A program made the translations under genes and the position numbers. Under the pieces are notes generated by a model. That model was not told the origin of the DNA. It made no database searches and saw nothing but the letters and a program-made list of their open reading frames with translations. From a virus, in IMG/VR virus record IMGVR_UViG_3300044726_000013, positions 15,595-79,594 of that record: a stretch of 64,000 bases of DNA. One strand, 5' to 3'. Numbering within the stretch: the stretch's first letter is position 1; each line of letters starts with the position of its first letter. This document shows positions 47,352-56,830 of this stretch, piece after piece.

Positions 47352-50260
47352 TGCCCGCTGGTCTGAAGCTGAAGACAGCTAAGATATCCAAGGGTGCCCA
47401 CGGCATCAAGATCAAGTGGGACATGAACAAGCACAAGCGTGACAGCTTGACTGGTCGGTTCACGTTCAAGCCCGGCACTGAAGAGTTCAAGTCTGAGCCG
47501 TTCGGCCCCGGCAAGACCGGCAACATCAAGGGCACAGATGTCATCAAGCTGCACGTCACCAGCAACCCAAAGAAGCCGGGTAGCAAGGCCAATACTGACT
47601 TTGAGAATTACAAGGATGACATGACGGTTGCTGAGTTCAGGGCGGCAGTCGGCAGCAACGTCAAGGCCAATGAGCATCTGACCTATGACACCAAGAAGGG
47701 CTTCATCACCATTCATGACCCGGCCACGCTGCCCGCCAAGCCGCTGGCCCAGCCTGAGCCGCCGCCCCCGCCCAAGCTGACCATGGCCGAGTATGCCATC
47801 ACCAGCAAGACCAAGAACCTGCAACCGCACGACAAGATCAAATTGCTGGCGGGTGAGAACCCCAAGAAGGCGGGCAGCAAGTCTGCGGCCCTATTCTCAA
47901 ACTATAAGGATGAGATGACCGTTGGTGAGTTCCACGCGGCCATTGGCAACAAGAAGGCCAGTCAGGAAACGTTGCTCTACGACCTCAAGAAAGGCTTCAT
48001 CAGCGTGCACAACGGCGCTGATCTGGCTGACATGCAGAGCGGCAAGCTGAGCCCCGGCAAGCTGGCGGCGCACATGCAGACGGGTGACAAGGGCCTTGGC
48101 GTGGTCAGCAAGAACCCGTTCACCCCCGGCACCAAGAATTATCAGGACTTTGAAGACGCCGCCTTTGACCAAGGGCTGACCACGCAGGCCAAGGTGACAG
48201 CCAGCGTTGACCCGGCCACGGGTGCGCCCAAGCCCAAGTCACTGGCTGATCTGACAGATGATGACGTGGTGGTGAGCCAGTACGGCACTGAATACACCGC
48301 GTCGATGATGAAGGCCAACACTGACCCACTCTTCAAGAAACAGGTGGATGACAGTCTGGCGTCTGGCAAATGGACCGTCAAGCCCAAGCCGCCTGCCCTT
48401 ATGGATACTGACAAGGTATCTGTGAAGGGCGGCACCATGATCAGCAGCACCAAGTACACCGTGGCCGAGTACAAGGCCATCACCGGCATGACTGACAGTC
48501 AGGTGCAAAGCGCCCTGAGCGCTGGCAAGCTGCACCTGCACCCGCCGGAAGCCCCGGTCACCACCATGAAGCAAGGGCCGTCTGTGACCGCGCCCACGCC
48601 CGCGCCCGCGCCCACGCCCGCGCCCACGCCCACGCCTGCGCCCAAGGTGCTGCCCAAGCAGAGCGTTGAAGATGACACCGTGGTTCAGACCATGGGCGGC
48701 ACGGTCTACACGGCGGCTGAGTACAAGGCTAAATGGAAGAGCAACGGTCTGTCAGATGAAGAGGTAATCCATAAACTCAACAACAATATCGCCAGCGGCA
48801 CGCTGGTGGTCAAGGCCAAGAGCAAGTTTGCTGACAATGACGTGGTTGAGACGTACTTTGGGAATAAATACACCATAGCCCAACTGAAGGCCAAGTATCC
48901 ACATCACACTGATAATGATATTCAGGAGCAGCTTGACAACGGTGACCTGATATTTGTGGCTAAGCAGCCCCCACCGCCACCCCCAGCGGCCAAGACACCC
49001 ACGCTTGATGCCTTGGATGATGATGATGTCATCGTCAATTCAATGGGCGTGGTCATGATGTCAGCGGGCGGGGCCAAGAAACTGGAGACAGCATCAAAGA
49101 CTGCCGTTGAAGATGCGCTTGCCAGTGGTAACTGGAAGAAAGAAGGGCCCGCCAAGGTGCCCGGCATTGAGAAGCTGTCACAGATCACCAAGTCTGAGTG
49201 GGACAACTATGACGTTGCCACCATTACGGCGGCCAACCCCTACCCGGCAAACTCTGAGGCGTGGATCAAGTTCAAGAAGATACACAACACCTCAAGCGGT
49301 CTGCAAAGCATGAGTGTGACGAAATACATGTCATCCACCACCAATGTGGGCACGCAAGAGGCGGTGCTTGATAAGATGGTGGCTGACGGTCACGTCAAAT
49401 TCGTCACGCCCGCGCAGAAGAAAGCCGTGCAGGCGCAGAAGGCCCTGCTTCAGCAACAGGCCGCTGCTGAGGCCACCAAGAAGGCGGCTGCCACCGCCGC
49501 CGCGCAGAAGACCAAGTGGAATGCGCATTTCCAAGTGGTGAAAGAAAAGTCCATAACCCAGTTCACTGATGACCCCAAGTGGGGCACCGTGCCGGGCAAC
49601 ATGCTGCCCAGCCAAGTCAAGCAGAGCGGTATGGTGGCCGTCAAGGATATCATGGGCCTGAAGTACCACAGCAATGGCAAATATCCGGGTGTGGGCTGGT
49701 ACACTGACGGTGGCTACAGCGCCGCCAATGAAACGATGCGCAACCCCAAGCTGGGCCATGCCCATTTGAACAGTGAGCAGAAGGGCCACGTCAAGGAACT
49801 TGACAGCTTGATGTCTGAAACCAAAGAAGACGTGGTGATGTGGCGCGGTATTAGCGAAAGCAGTGACACGGTGCCTACTGCTGAGGCGCAGGGCAACATG
49901 AACAACATGCCACCGCCGTTTGAGTTTGTTGACGGCGGCTATGCCAGCATGAGTTTCAACCCACGGGTGTCTGACAACTTCAAGGGTTATTCCACCACGC
50001 ACGGTGACGGCGGCAGTACCTATTCAATGACGGGCAAGCGCCGCACGCTGTTCAAGATGCGCATACCCAAGGGCAGCAAGGCAGCCTTTGTGGGGCGCAA
50101 GCACTCAGCAGGGTTAGCCATGGAAGATGAGGCTGAGGTGATCACCGCACGCGGCACGCGTTTCAAGTACATCAGCACCACGCGTGATGTGGATTTCTAT
50201 GGTGCCAAGTATGACATCATTGAATTGGAAATTGTGAACCATGCTGGCGGCAATATCTGA
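47351..50260 (+). CDS. Multidomain putative virion effector: HKRDxxxGRF motif, NPK repeats and a C-terminal VIP2/Alt-like ADP-ribosyltransferase
   Basis: YTDGGYSAANETMR, MWRG, GYASMSF, and EDEAEVITARGTRF (R-S-ExE). Confidence 0.85.
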   Translation: MPAGLKLKTAKISKGAHGIKIKWDMNKHKRDSLTGRFTFKPGTEEFKSEPFGPGKTGNIKGTDVIKLHVTSNPKKPGSKANTDFENYKDDMTVAEFRAAVGSNVKANEHLTYDTKKGFITIHDPATLPAKPLAQPEPPPPPKLTMAEYAITSKTKNLQPHDKIKLLAGENPKKAGSKSAALFSNYKDEMTVGEFHAAIGNKKASQETLLYDLKKGFISVHNGADLADMQSGKLSPGKLAAHMQTGDKGLGVVSKNPFTPGTKNYQDFEDAAFDQGLTTQAKVTASVDPATGAPKPKSLADLTDDDVVVSQYGTEYTASMMKANTDPLFKKQVDDSLASGKWTVKPKPPALMDTDKVSVKGGTMISSTKYTVAEYKAITGMTDSQVQSALSAGKLHLHPPEAPVTTMKQGPSVTAPTPAPAPTPAPTPTPAPKVLPKQSVEDDTVVQTMGGTVYTAAEYKAKWKSNGLSDEEVIHKLNNNIASGTLVVKAKSKFADNDVVETYFGNKYTIAQLKAKYPHHTDNDIQEQLDNGDLIFVAKQPPPPPPAAKTPTLDALDDDDVIVNSMGVVMMSAGGAKKLETASKTAVEDALASGNWKKEGPAKVPGIEKLSQITKSEWDNYDVATITAANPYPANSEAWIKFKKIHNTSSGLQSMSVTKYMSSTTNVGTQEAVLDKMVADGHVKFVTPAQKKAVQAQKALLQQQAAAEATKKAAATAAAQKTKWNAHFQVVKEKSITQFTDDPKWGTVPGNMLPSQVKQSGMVAVKDIMGLKYHSNGKYPGVGWYTDGGYSAANETMRNPKLGHAHLNSEQKGHVKELDSLMSETKEDVVMWRGISESSDTVPTAEAQGNMNNMPPPFEFVDGGYASMSFNPRVSDNFKGYSTTHGDGGSTYSMTGKRRTLFKMRIPKGSKAAFVGRKHSAGLAMEDEAEVITARGTRFKYISTTRDVDFYGAKYDIIELEIVNHAGGNI

Positions 50261-50294
50261 AGGATGGTATGATCAGATATGAAAGGATAGCCTC

Positions 50295-50522
50295 ATGGCC
50301 AAAGAACCCAAGTACGTCTACACCCCACCCGCGCCGCCAAAGCCGCTGCCGCCCAATGATGAACCGGCAGAGCCGCCAGATTATTACCCCGGCCAAGAGC
50401 GCTTTGGTGACTGGAACCTCAGCAACATCATACCCATTGACCCCGGTGAAGAACTGGTCAATGACGACCCTGAGGGTGACCCCAACAAGATTGCGCAGTA
50501 CGGGACCAAAAAGCCCAAGTAA
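50295..50522 (+). CDS. Small Pro/acidic protein
   Basis: AAGGA RBS before ATG 50295. Confidence 0.6.
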   Translation: MAKEPKYVYTPPAPPKPLPPNDEPAEPPDYYPGQERFGDWNLSNIIPIDPGEELVNDDPEGDPNKIAQYGTKKPK

Positions 50523-50593
50523 AATACCCTCTAGGCAAAGCGCGGGGGGCAGCGTATGCTTCCGCGCGTTGCTTTGATTGAGGGAGACAATAC

Positions 50594-50815
50594 ATGGGCG
50601 ACCCAGAGCCAGAGATTGTTGAAGACAACAGCCTGCCCCGCGCGCCGCTGTCAAAGCCCACCCCACCGCCGCCGCCGTCTGATGAAGAGGAGATTGTTGA
50701 AGACAACAGTCTGCCCCGGCCGCCGCTTGAAAAGAAGCCTGACCCCAACCCGGTACCGGCACAGCCCGTGCCCGGTGAGGCTGACACCGCTGATGAAGAC
50801 CCTGATGCGGCATAA
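50594..50815 (+). CDS. Small Pro/acidic protein with a duplicated EIVEDNSLPR motif
   Basis: GGGAG RBS; internal repeat. Confidence 0.6.
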   Translation: MGDPEPEIVEDNSLPRAPLSKPTPPPPPSDEEEIVEDNSLPRPPLEKKPDPNPVPAQPVPGEADTADEDPDAA

Positions 50816-50827
50816 GGGAGTTTAGCG

Positions 50828-51658
50828 TTGCGTGCGGTCATAGACAAGGCAGAAGACCTGCCTGAGGCATTCAAGTCTGAGTACGTTGAGAAGGACGGCA
50901 AGTTCTATCTTGACCTAGACAGCACCATCAACACCCACACCAGCATCATGCCGCTGAGCATTGCGCTGACCAATCTCAAGAAGGAAAAGAAGACCCTTCA
51001 GGACAAGATTGTGGTGCTTGAGGCCAAGACCACTGGTCTGCCGGATGACTTTGACCCGGCCAAGTATGCTGACACGGTGGCAGAACTTGAGACGCTGAAA
51101 AAAGACCCAGACCGTGACAAAGACGCTGAATTAAAGCTTCAGAAAGAACGTGAGCGCTATGAGCAGCGCCTGCGTGACGCTGAGGCCAAGCGTGTGGCCG
51201 ACCTCAAGGCCAAAGACGCTGAGATCACAGAACGTGACACCCTCATTCATGAGACGCTGGTTGACGGCGGCTTGACTGAGGCGCTGGTCAAGCACGGCGT
51301 TGCCAAGGAGTTCATGGGTGCTACCCGTGCGCTTCTGCGCGGGGCCGTGAAAGTGCAGAAGGGTGATGATGGCAAGCGCCACGCCGTAGTCAACACTGAC
51401 CTTGGTGACGTTGACATTGATCACTTTGTGGAGAACTGGTCTAAGTCAGATGATGGCAAACCATTCGTGGTACAGGCAAAGGGGTCTGGTGGCCACGGGT
51501 CGGGTAATGGACGTGGCTCTGAGATCAACCCGTGGGTGAAGGAAACCTTCAACCTCACGGCGCAGGGCCAGATCATCAAATCTGACAAAGACAAGGCACG
51601 CCGTTTCATGAAGAGCGCAGGCCGCTCCACCCATGAAATTGAAGTAGCGCTTGCATAG
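50828..51658 (+). CDS. Capsid scaffolding protein
   Basis: LPEAFKSEYVEKDGKFYL, coiled coil, terminal NPWVKETFNLTAQG; precedes the major capsid gene. Confidence 0.85.
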   Translation: MRAVIDKAEDLPEAFKSEYVEKDGKFYLDLDSTINTHTSIMPLSIALTNLKKEKKTLQDKIVVLEAKTTGLPDDFDPAKYADTVAELETLKKDPDRDKDAELKLQKERERYEQRLRDAEAKRVADLKAKDAEITERDTLIHETLVDGGLTEALVKHGVAKEFMGATRALLRGAVKVQKGDDGKRHAVVNTDLGDVDIDHFVENWSKSDDGKPFVVQAKGSGGHGSGNGRGSEINPWVKETFNLTAQGQIIKSDKDKARRFMKSAGRSTHEIEVALA

Positions 51659-51815
51659 GGTCTGCCGCGTAACCACGGGCAGCCTTGTTACCCCAACCAT
51701 AGGTCCCCCAGCCGCCGCGTAAGCACGGGCGCTGGCCAAGGCCCGCCCCAACCCACGGTTAATCAACTGGGTTAGGTTCATGTTCACTCATGCGCCATCT
51801 CAAGGAGATTGACCT

Positions 51816-52769
51816 ATGGCCGCTACCAAAATTGCCGACGTTATTGTGCCGTCGGTCTTCAACCCCTACGTTGTTGAGAAGAGCGCCGAACTTTCAGCGT
51901 TCTTCACCTCAGGCGTTATTCAGACCGTCGGTGAACTGAACGTGTTCGGCATGAAGGGTGGCACTACTGTTGCCATGCCGTTCTGGAAGGACCTGACCGG
52001 CCAAGAAGAAATTCTGTCTGACGTTGTGCCGCTGGGCGTGGACAAGATCACCACCGGCCAAGACATTGCCGTGCTGCATGCACGCGGCAAGGCGTGGGGC
52101 GTCAATGATCTGGCAGAAGCCCTGTCAGGTGATGACCCCATGGAGCAGATCGGCGCGCTGGTGGGTGACTTCTGGCAGCGCCGCTGGCAGGCACTGCTGA
52201 TCAGCACCCTGCAAGGCGTCTTTGCCAGCGCAGCCATGAGCGGCAACGTGCATGACATCAGCGCCGCCGCCGCGCCTGACAACATCATCAGCGCCAACAC
52301 CATTGTTGACGCCATGTACAAGCTGGGTGATGCCAGCCAGCGCCTGACGGCGTTTGCCATGCACAGCGCCACGGTGGCCGTGCTGGTCAAGCAGCAGTTG
52401 ATTGACTTCCAGCTTGACAGCGAGGGCAAGCCCACGCTGCCGTACTACATGGGCAAGCGCGTCATTGAAGATGACGGCATGCCGGTCAACGCGGGCGTCT
52501 ACACCAGCTACCTGTTTGGTGCCGGGGCAATCGGCTACGCAGACGGCGGCGCGCCCACCCCAACTGAGACTGACCGTGACAGCCTTGCCGGTGAAGACAT
52601 CTTGATCAACAGGCGTCACTTTGTCATGCACCCGCGCGGCGTGGCGTGGATTGGCGTGGCAACCGGCGTCAGCCCCACCAACGCTGAACTGGCCATTGGC
52701 ACCAACTGGAACCGGCGCTACGGCAACAAGAACATCAGGATTGTGCAGTTCAAGCACAAGATTGTCTGA
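51816..52769 (+). CDS. Major capsid protein
   Basis: TKIADVIVPSVFNPY, MPFWKDL, RGKAWGVNDLA...GDDPM, RRHFVMHPRG, SPTNAELA...NW. Confidence 0.92.
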   Translation: MAATKIADVIVPSVFNPYVVEKSAELSAFFTSGVIQTVGELNVFGMKGGTTVAMPFWKDLTGQEEILSDVVPLGVDKITTGQDIAVLHARGKAWGVNDLAEALSGDDPMEQIGALVGDFWQRRWQALLISTLQGVFASAAMSGNVHDISAAAAPDNIISANTIVDAMYKLGDASQRLTAFAMHSATVAVLVKQQLIDFQLDSEGKPTLPYYMGKRVIEDDGMPVNAGVYTSYLFGAGAIGYADGGAPTPTETDRDSLAGEDILINRRHFVMHPRGVAWIGVATGVSPTNAELAIGTNWNRRYGNKNIRIVQFKHKIV

Positions 52770-52840
52770 GCCGGCGCGTTATGGCTTTGGGCGGGGGTGA
52801 CCCCGCCCGCCTGACAACATCTTAGAAAGGAGTACCCGTC

Positions 52841-53443
52841 ATGGGTCTGTCAGCATTCAGCCGCGCGCGTGTCTCACTGTTGCCTGAAATGGAACTTGAG
52901 GCCAAGCGCTTTGAAGAGTGGAACGCCGCCCACCAGAAGAGTTTTCGTGACCTTGATGACATTCATGACGGCCTGTCATCTGACAAGCGGCTTGATGCCA
53001 TCCGCAAGGCCGCTGAGAAGGGCAACAAGGCCATTGGTGAGAAGGTGGTGGCCGGTCTTCAGGAAAACGTAGAAGGCACTGAAGACAGCATCGACCAGAA
53101 GATGCGTGAAGACCATGTGCGTGACATGGTCGGCCGCCGCCACGTGGTTGAGCCGCAGGGTGAGCCGCAGAGCATCACTGAGCGCCTGCATGAGCGCATC
53201 CCCACCGGGGCTACCGCGTCTGAGGCGCTGATCAAGAAGACTGACGTGCTGGGGCTTGGCCCCACCAAAGAAGAGGTCGATGCCGCGCAAGCTGAGCAGG
53301 AACCATGGGCACCGCCTGAAGATGAACCCACTCCTCCCGCGTCTTCAGGCGGTGAACCTGTGGCCAAGAAGGCTGCTGAGCCCGCCGCCGCAGACAAGAC
53401 GGACAAGAAGGCCGCGCCGCCCCCCGACCCCAAGAAGAAATAA
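52841..53443 (+). CDS. Hypothetical head-associated protein
   Basis: AAGGAG RBS; MGLSAFSRAR start; lies between the capsid and adaptor genes. Confidence 0.7.
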   Translation: MGLSAFSRARVSLLPEMELEAKRFEEWNAAHQKSFRDLDDIHDGLSSDKRLDAIRKAAEKGNKAIGEKVVAGLQENVEGTEDSIDQKMREDHVRDMVGRRHVVEPQGEPQSITERLHERIPTGATASEALIKKTDVLGLGPTKEEVDAAQAEQEPWAPPEDEPTPPASSGGEPVAKKAAEPAAADKTDKKAAPPPDPKKK

Positions 53444-53454
53444 CGGGGGCAGCT

Positions 53455-53949
53455 TTGGCTCACTACGGTTCTGAGAGTGGCTTTGAGGCATACTGCCTCA
53501 GGTTGGGCTACACCGTGTCACCCGGTGAAGTTGACCCCGCGTTGGAGCGCGCCACCGCCTACCTTGACGGCCACTACGGGGTCCGCTACCCCGGTGTGCC
53601 AACCGGGGGCTATTCTCAGGAACTAGGGTGGCCTCGTACTGGTGTTACTGATTGCCGTGGCTACCCGGTCCCCTCAGACGTGGTGCCCATGGAAATTGAG
53701 TACGCCACCTATGAGGCCACCCGCCGTGAACTGACCACACCGGGCGGTCTGCACCCTGACGTGGTTGAGGGGCAGATCAAGAAGAGCGTCAGCGTTGAAG
53801 GCGCTGTCTCAGTGACCTACGCTGACCCGCAGGGCGGCGCTGTGGCGTCACAGCAGCCCGTGGTGACCCAGATTGACCAGATGCTGGCGTGCCTGCTTGG
53901 CGGGGCTGTCAGTGGCCGTACCGTGACCAAGTGGCTGGCGCGCACATGA
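53455..53949 (+). CDS. Head-tail adaptor (DnaT-like family)
   Basis: ALERATAYLD...QELGWPR...VPMEIEYATYEA...SVTY. Confidence 0.8.
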   Translation: MAHYGSESGFEAYCLRLGYTVSPGEVDPALERATAYLDGHYGVRYPGVPTGGYSQELGWPRTGVTDCRGYPVPSDVVPMEIEYATYEATRRELTTPGGLHPDVVEGQIKKSVSVEGAVSVTYADPQGGAVASQQPVVTQIDQMLACLLGGAVSGRTVTKWLART

Positions 53950-54323
53950 GTGACGCATTCTACCAAGAGATGGTAGGCATTGCCGGTGACCTGATCACCG
54001 AGTACCAGCAAGGCGTCATTGCGCTTGAGCGGCGCACGCAGCCACCAGCCACGCCGCCAGAGTGGGACCCGCCGCCATCTGAGGTTGCCCAATACCCGGT
54101 GGTGGGCGTGGTGCGCAATGTGGACCGCCGCTTTGTTGACGGCACGCTGGTGATGGCCACTGACCGCATGGCCACCCTGCCCGCGCGCAGCCTGCCCGCA
54201 GGCATTGTGCCGCAGATGACGGATGTGCTGTACATTGACGGTGAGCCGACCACCGTCAAGAAGGTGATACGAGTGCCTGAGGCGGGCATCATCATAGTCT
54301 ACAAGCTGATATTGGGGAGTTGA
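53946..54323 (+). CDS. Head closure / head-tail joining protein
   Basis: Position; FVDGTLVMATDR motif. Confidence 0.7.
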   Translation: MSDAFYQEMVGIAGDLITEYQQGVIALERRTQPPATPPEWDPPPSEVAQYPVVGVVRNVDRRFVDGTLVMATDRMATLPARSLPAGIVPQMTDVLYIDGEPTTVKKVIRVPEAGIIIVYKLILGS

Positions 54324-55391
54324 ATGGCAATCCCCACATCACTGCAAGAATTGTTGGACCAGATGGAGCCAAGGGTGCAGCAAGCATTCCTTGACGCTAT
54401 TGCTGACATCAGTGATGAAACCACCATTGCGGCGCTTGAGAAAGCAATCGCCACCGGCAACATTGAGCATGCGCTGAGCGTGCTGAACCTAGACCCGGCC
54501 ATCTTTGCGCAGGTGGCTGATGAGGTGAGCGACATCTACAAGTACGCCGCCGTGCTGACCGCTGAGGCGGCGCGGGCCACCATCAACCCCATGACCGGCA
54601 GCCGCGTCATCTTCAGGTTCAATGTGCGGTCTCCCCCGGCTGAGCAGTGGCTGCGTGAAGAAAGTTCACGGCTGGTGGTGGGCCTGAGCAAGACCGCCCG
54701 CACCACGGTGCGCCAGACCCTTTCAGATGGCATTGCAGTGGGTCAGGGGCCGCGCACAACGGCCCTAGACATAGTGGGGCGCATATCTGCCACCACGGGC
54801 CGCAGAGAAGGCGGTACGGTCGGCCTGACGCCCAGCTTTGCCAAGTATGTGCACAACGCCAAGATTGAACTGCTGAGCGGTGACCCGGCCATGCTGGCCA
54901 ACTACCTGACGCGCATCAGGCGGGATAAGCGCTTTGACGCCAAGGTGCACCGGGCGCTGGCCAGCGGCAAGCCGCTGTTGGCGGCTGACGTGGCCAAGAT
55001 GGTGGGCAAATATTCAGACAGCCTGCTGAAGCTGCGTGGTGAGAACATAGCCCGCACTGAGACGCTGCTGAGCCTGCACGCGGGGCAGGCTGAGGCCATC
55101 CGTCAGATGATTGCCGCTGGCAAGGTGCATGAAGATGACGTGACCAAGATATGGCGCACCAACCGTGACGGCCGGGAACGCCGTTCACACTACATTCTGC
55201 ACGGCAAGAAGCGGCCCTACGCGCTGCCGTTCATCAGCCCTGAGACGGGTGCCAAGATGATGCACCCCGGTGACCGTGAGCATGGCGCGTTCCCTGAAGA
55301 TGTGATCAACTGCCGCTGCCACGCAGAATACAAGATCGACTACATTGGTGCCGCCGTGCGCATGCAGCGCAGAGCGGGGGTGACGCCATGA
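54324..55391 (+). CDS. MuF / SPP1 gp7-like head morphogenesis protein
   Basis: IARTET, KIWRTNRDGRERRSH, HPGD...INCRC. Confidence 0.88.
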   Translation: MAIPTSLQELLDQMEPRVQQAFLDAIADISDETTIAALEKAIATGNIEHALSVLNLDPAIFAQVADEVSDIYKYAAVLTAEAARATINPMTGSRVIFRFNVRSPPAEQWLREESSRLVVGLSKTARTTVRQTLSDGIAVGQGPRTTALDIVGRISATTGRREGGTVGLTPSFAKYVHNAKIELLSGDPAMLANYLTRIRRDKRFDAKVHRALASGKPLLAADVAKMVGKYSDSLLKLRGENIARTETLLSLHAGQAEAIRQMIAAGKVHEDDVTKIWRTNRDGRERRSHYILHGKKRPYALPFISPETGAKMMHPGDREHGAFPEDVINCRCHAEYKIDYIGAAVRMQRRAGVTP

Positions 55392-55867
55392 GCAGCGATT
55401 TCACCGCCAGCATTGAAGCATGGGCGCTTGAGACGCAGGCGTTCATTGAGGCCATCATCAAAGAAAGCACGCAAGAGGTGGTGCGCCTGATGAAGGTGCC
55501 GGTCAGCGGTGGCGGCAACATGCCTGTTGACACCAGCTTCTTGCAGAACAGCTTGGTGGGCGTAGAGGGCACCGTCATACCGCCCATGGACCCCGCCAAG
55601 AAGGGCAATGGCCAGCCGCCTGAGATAGGCAACGCCACGGCGGTTGAGGCCCTGATAGCCAGTTGGGAGCCGGGCAAGAGCATGTCATTTGGCTTTATCG
55701 CTATCTATGCGGCGCGCCAGAATTACGGCTTCACCGGCACTGACAGCCTTGGCCGCAACTACAACCAGCCGGGCAGGCACTTTGTGGAATTGGCCGTGCA
55801 GCAATGGCCAACAATAGTGGAGAATAACCAGAGGCGACTAGCGGCAACGCTGGTCTATTCACACTGA
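55388..55867 (+). CDS. HK97 gp10-like tail completion protein
   Basis: MPVDTSFLQNS...YAARQNYG...FVELAVQQW. Confidence 0.75.
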   Translation: MSSDFTASIEAWALETQAFIEAIIKESTQEVVRLMKVPVSGGGNMPVDTSFLQNSLVGVEGTVIPPMDPAKKGNGQPPEIGNATAVEALIASWEPGKSMSFGFIAIYAARQNYGFTGTDSLGRNYNQPGRHFVELAVQQWPTIVENNQRRLAATLVYSH

Positions 55868-56307
55868 TGGTGGCGCTGTACCCAGAGGCTAGGATACTTG
55901 AAGCGCTCATGCAGGCCCTGAGTGAATGGCAACTGTCTGAGGGTGTGAACAACTGGCCGGTGGTGTGGTCAAACGTCAAATATCCGCCTGAAGGTCAGCC
56001 CAAGGCGGCGCAATACGTGGTAGTGACTTTCTCACCGGGCACGCCGCAACAGGTGGTCATTGATGGCTTTGAAGAAAACAAGCACATGGGCATTCTGGGC
56101 GTCAGCATCATGACCGTGCTGAACGGCGGTGAGTTCAAGCCGCAGGAAATTGGTGGTTCACTTGCCCAGTTCTTTCACGGGCAGGTGCTTGCCTCAGGCA
56201 GCACTCAGGTGCGCATCACCGCGCGCCCACGGGTGGCCGGGGGTTATGTTGACGGCGACCGCTGGCGCACGCCAGTGACTGTGCCGTTTGAGACGGTGGC
56301 AGTATAG
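55867..56307 (+). CDS. Tail terminator protein
   Basis: Position before the tail tube genes; VVWSN...GILGVSI...PVTVPF. Confidence 0.7.
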   Translation: MVALYPEARILEALMQALSEWQLSEGVNNWPVVWSNVKYPPEGQPKAAQYVVVTFSPGTPQQVVIDGFEENKHMGILGVSIMTVLNGGEFKPQEIGGSLAQFFHGQVLASGSTQVRITARPRVAGGYVDGDRWRTPVTVPFETVAV

Positions 56308-56326
56308 GTAAGAAAGGACCCAAACC

Positions 56327-56806
56327 ATGGCTCTTTACCCAGTTGCCGGTTGCAAACTCTACATCAGCAATGCGGCATTCCCAGAACAACCAGATGACGT
56401 TGACAGCGCAGACTTTACCGGCGTGGTCTGGACCGAAGTCAAGAAGTGGACCCAGATGGGCACCTTTGGTGACAGTTCACAACTGATCACCACTGATCTG
56501 ATTGGTGAAGGCCGCACCAAGAAGCAGAAGGGCACCAAGAATGCCGGGTCAATGGCCAACGTCTTTGCCTTTGACAGCACTGATGCTGGTCAGATCAAAG
56601 TCATCGCGGCGGCGGCCAGCTACAACAACTACGCTTTCAAGGTGGAGTTGAATGACAAGGCCGGGGCTCAGGTCAACAACAGCATCAGGGAGTTCTACGG
56701 GCTGGTGATGACGGCGCAGCAAGTAGGCGGCGGGGCCAATACCGTGCAGACCCTGAACGCCACTGTTGAGATCAACAGCAACATCGTTTCTATTGCAGCG
56801 GCATAA
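56327..56806 (+). CDS. Major tail tube protein, copy 1
   Basis: GTFGDSSQLI...GRTKKQKGTKNAGSM...DAGQ...YAFKVELND. Confidence 0.85.
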   Translation: MALYPVAGCKLYISNAAFPEQPDDVDSADFTGVVWTEVKKWTQMGTFGDSSQLITTDLIGEGRTKKQKGTKNAGSMANVFAFDSTDAGQIKVIAAAASYNNYAFKVELNDKAGAQVNNSIREFYGLVMTAQQVGGGANTVQTLNATVEINSNIVSIAAA

Positions 56807-56830
56807 GGGCCGTAGAAAGGTAGACCCCCC

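Noticed and set aside
51659-51815. Possible ncRNA between the scaffold and capsid genes
   Set aside because: Only short, imperfect stems are present, consistent with an ordinary mRNA leader.
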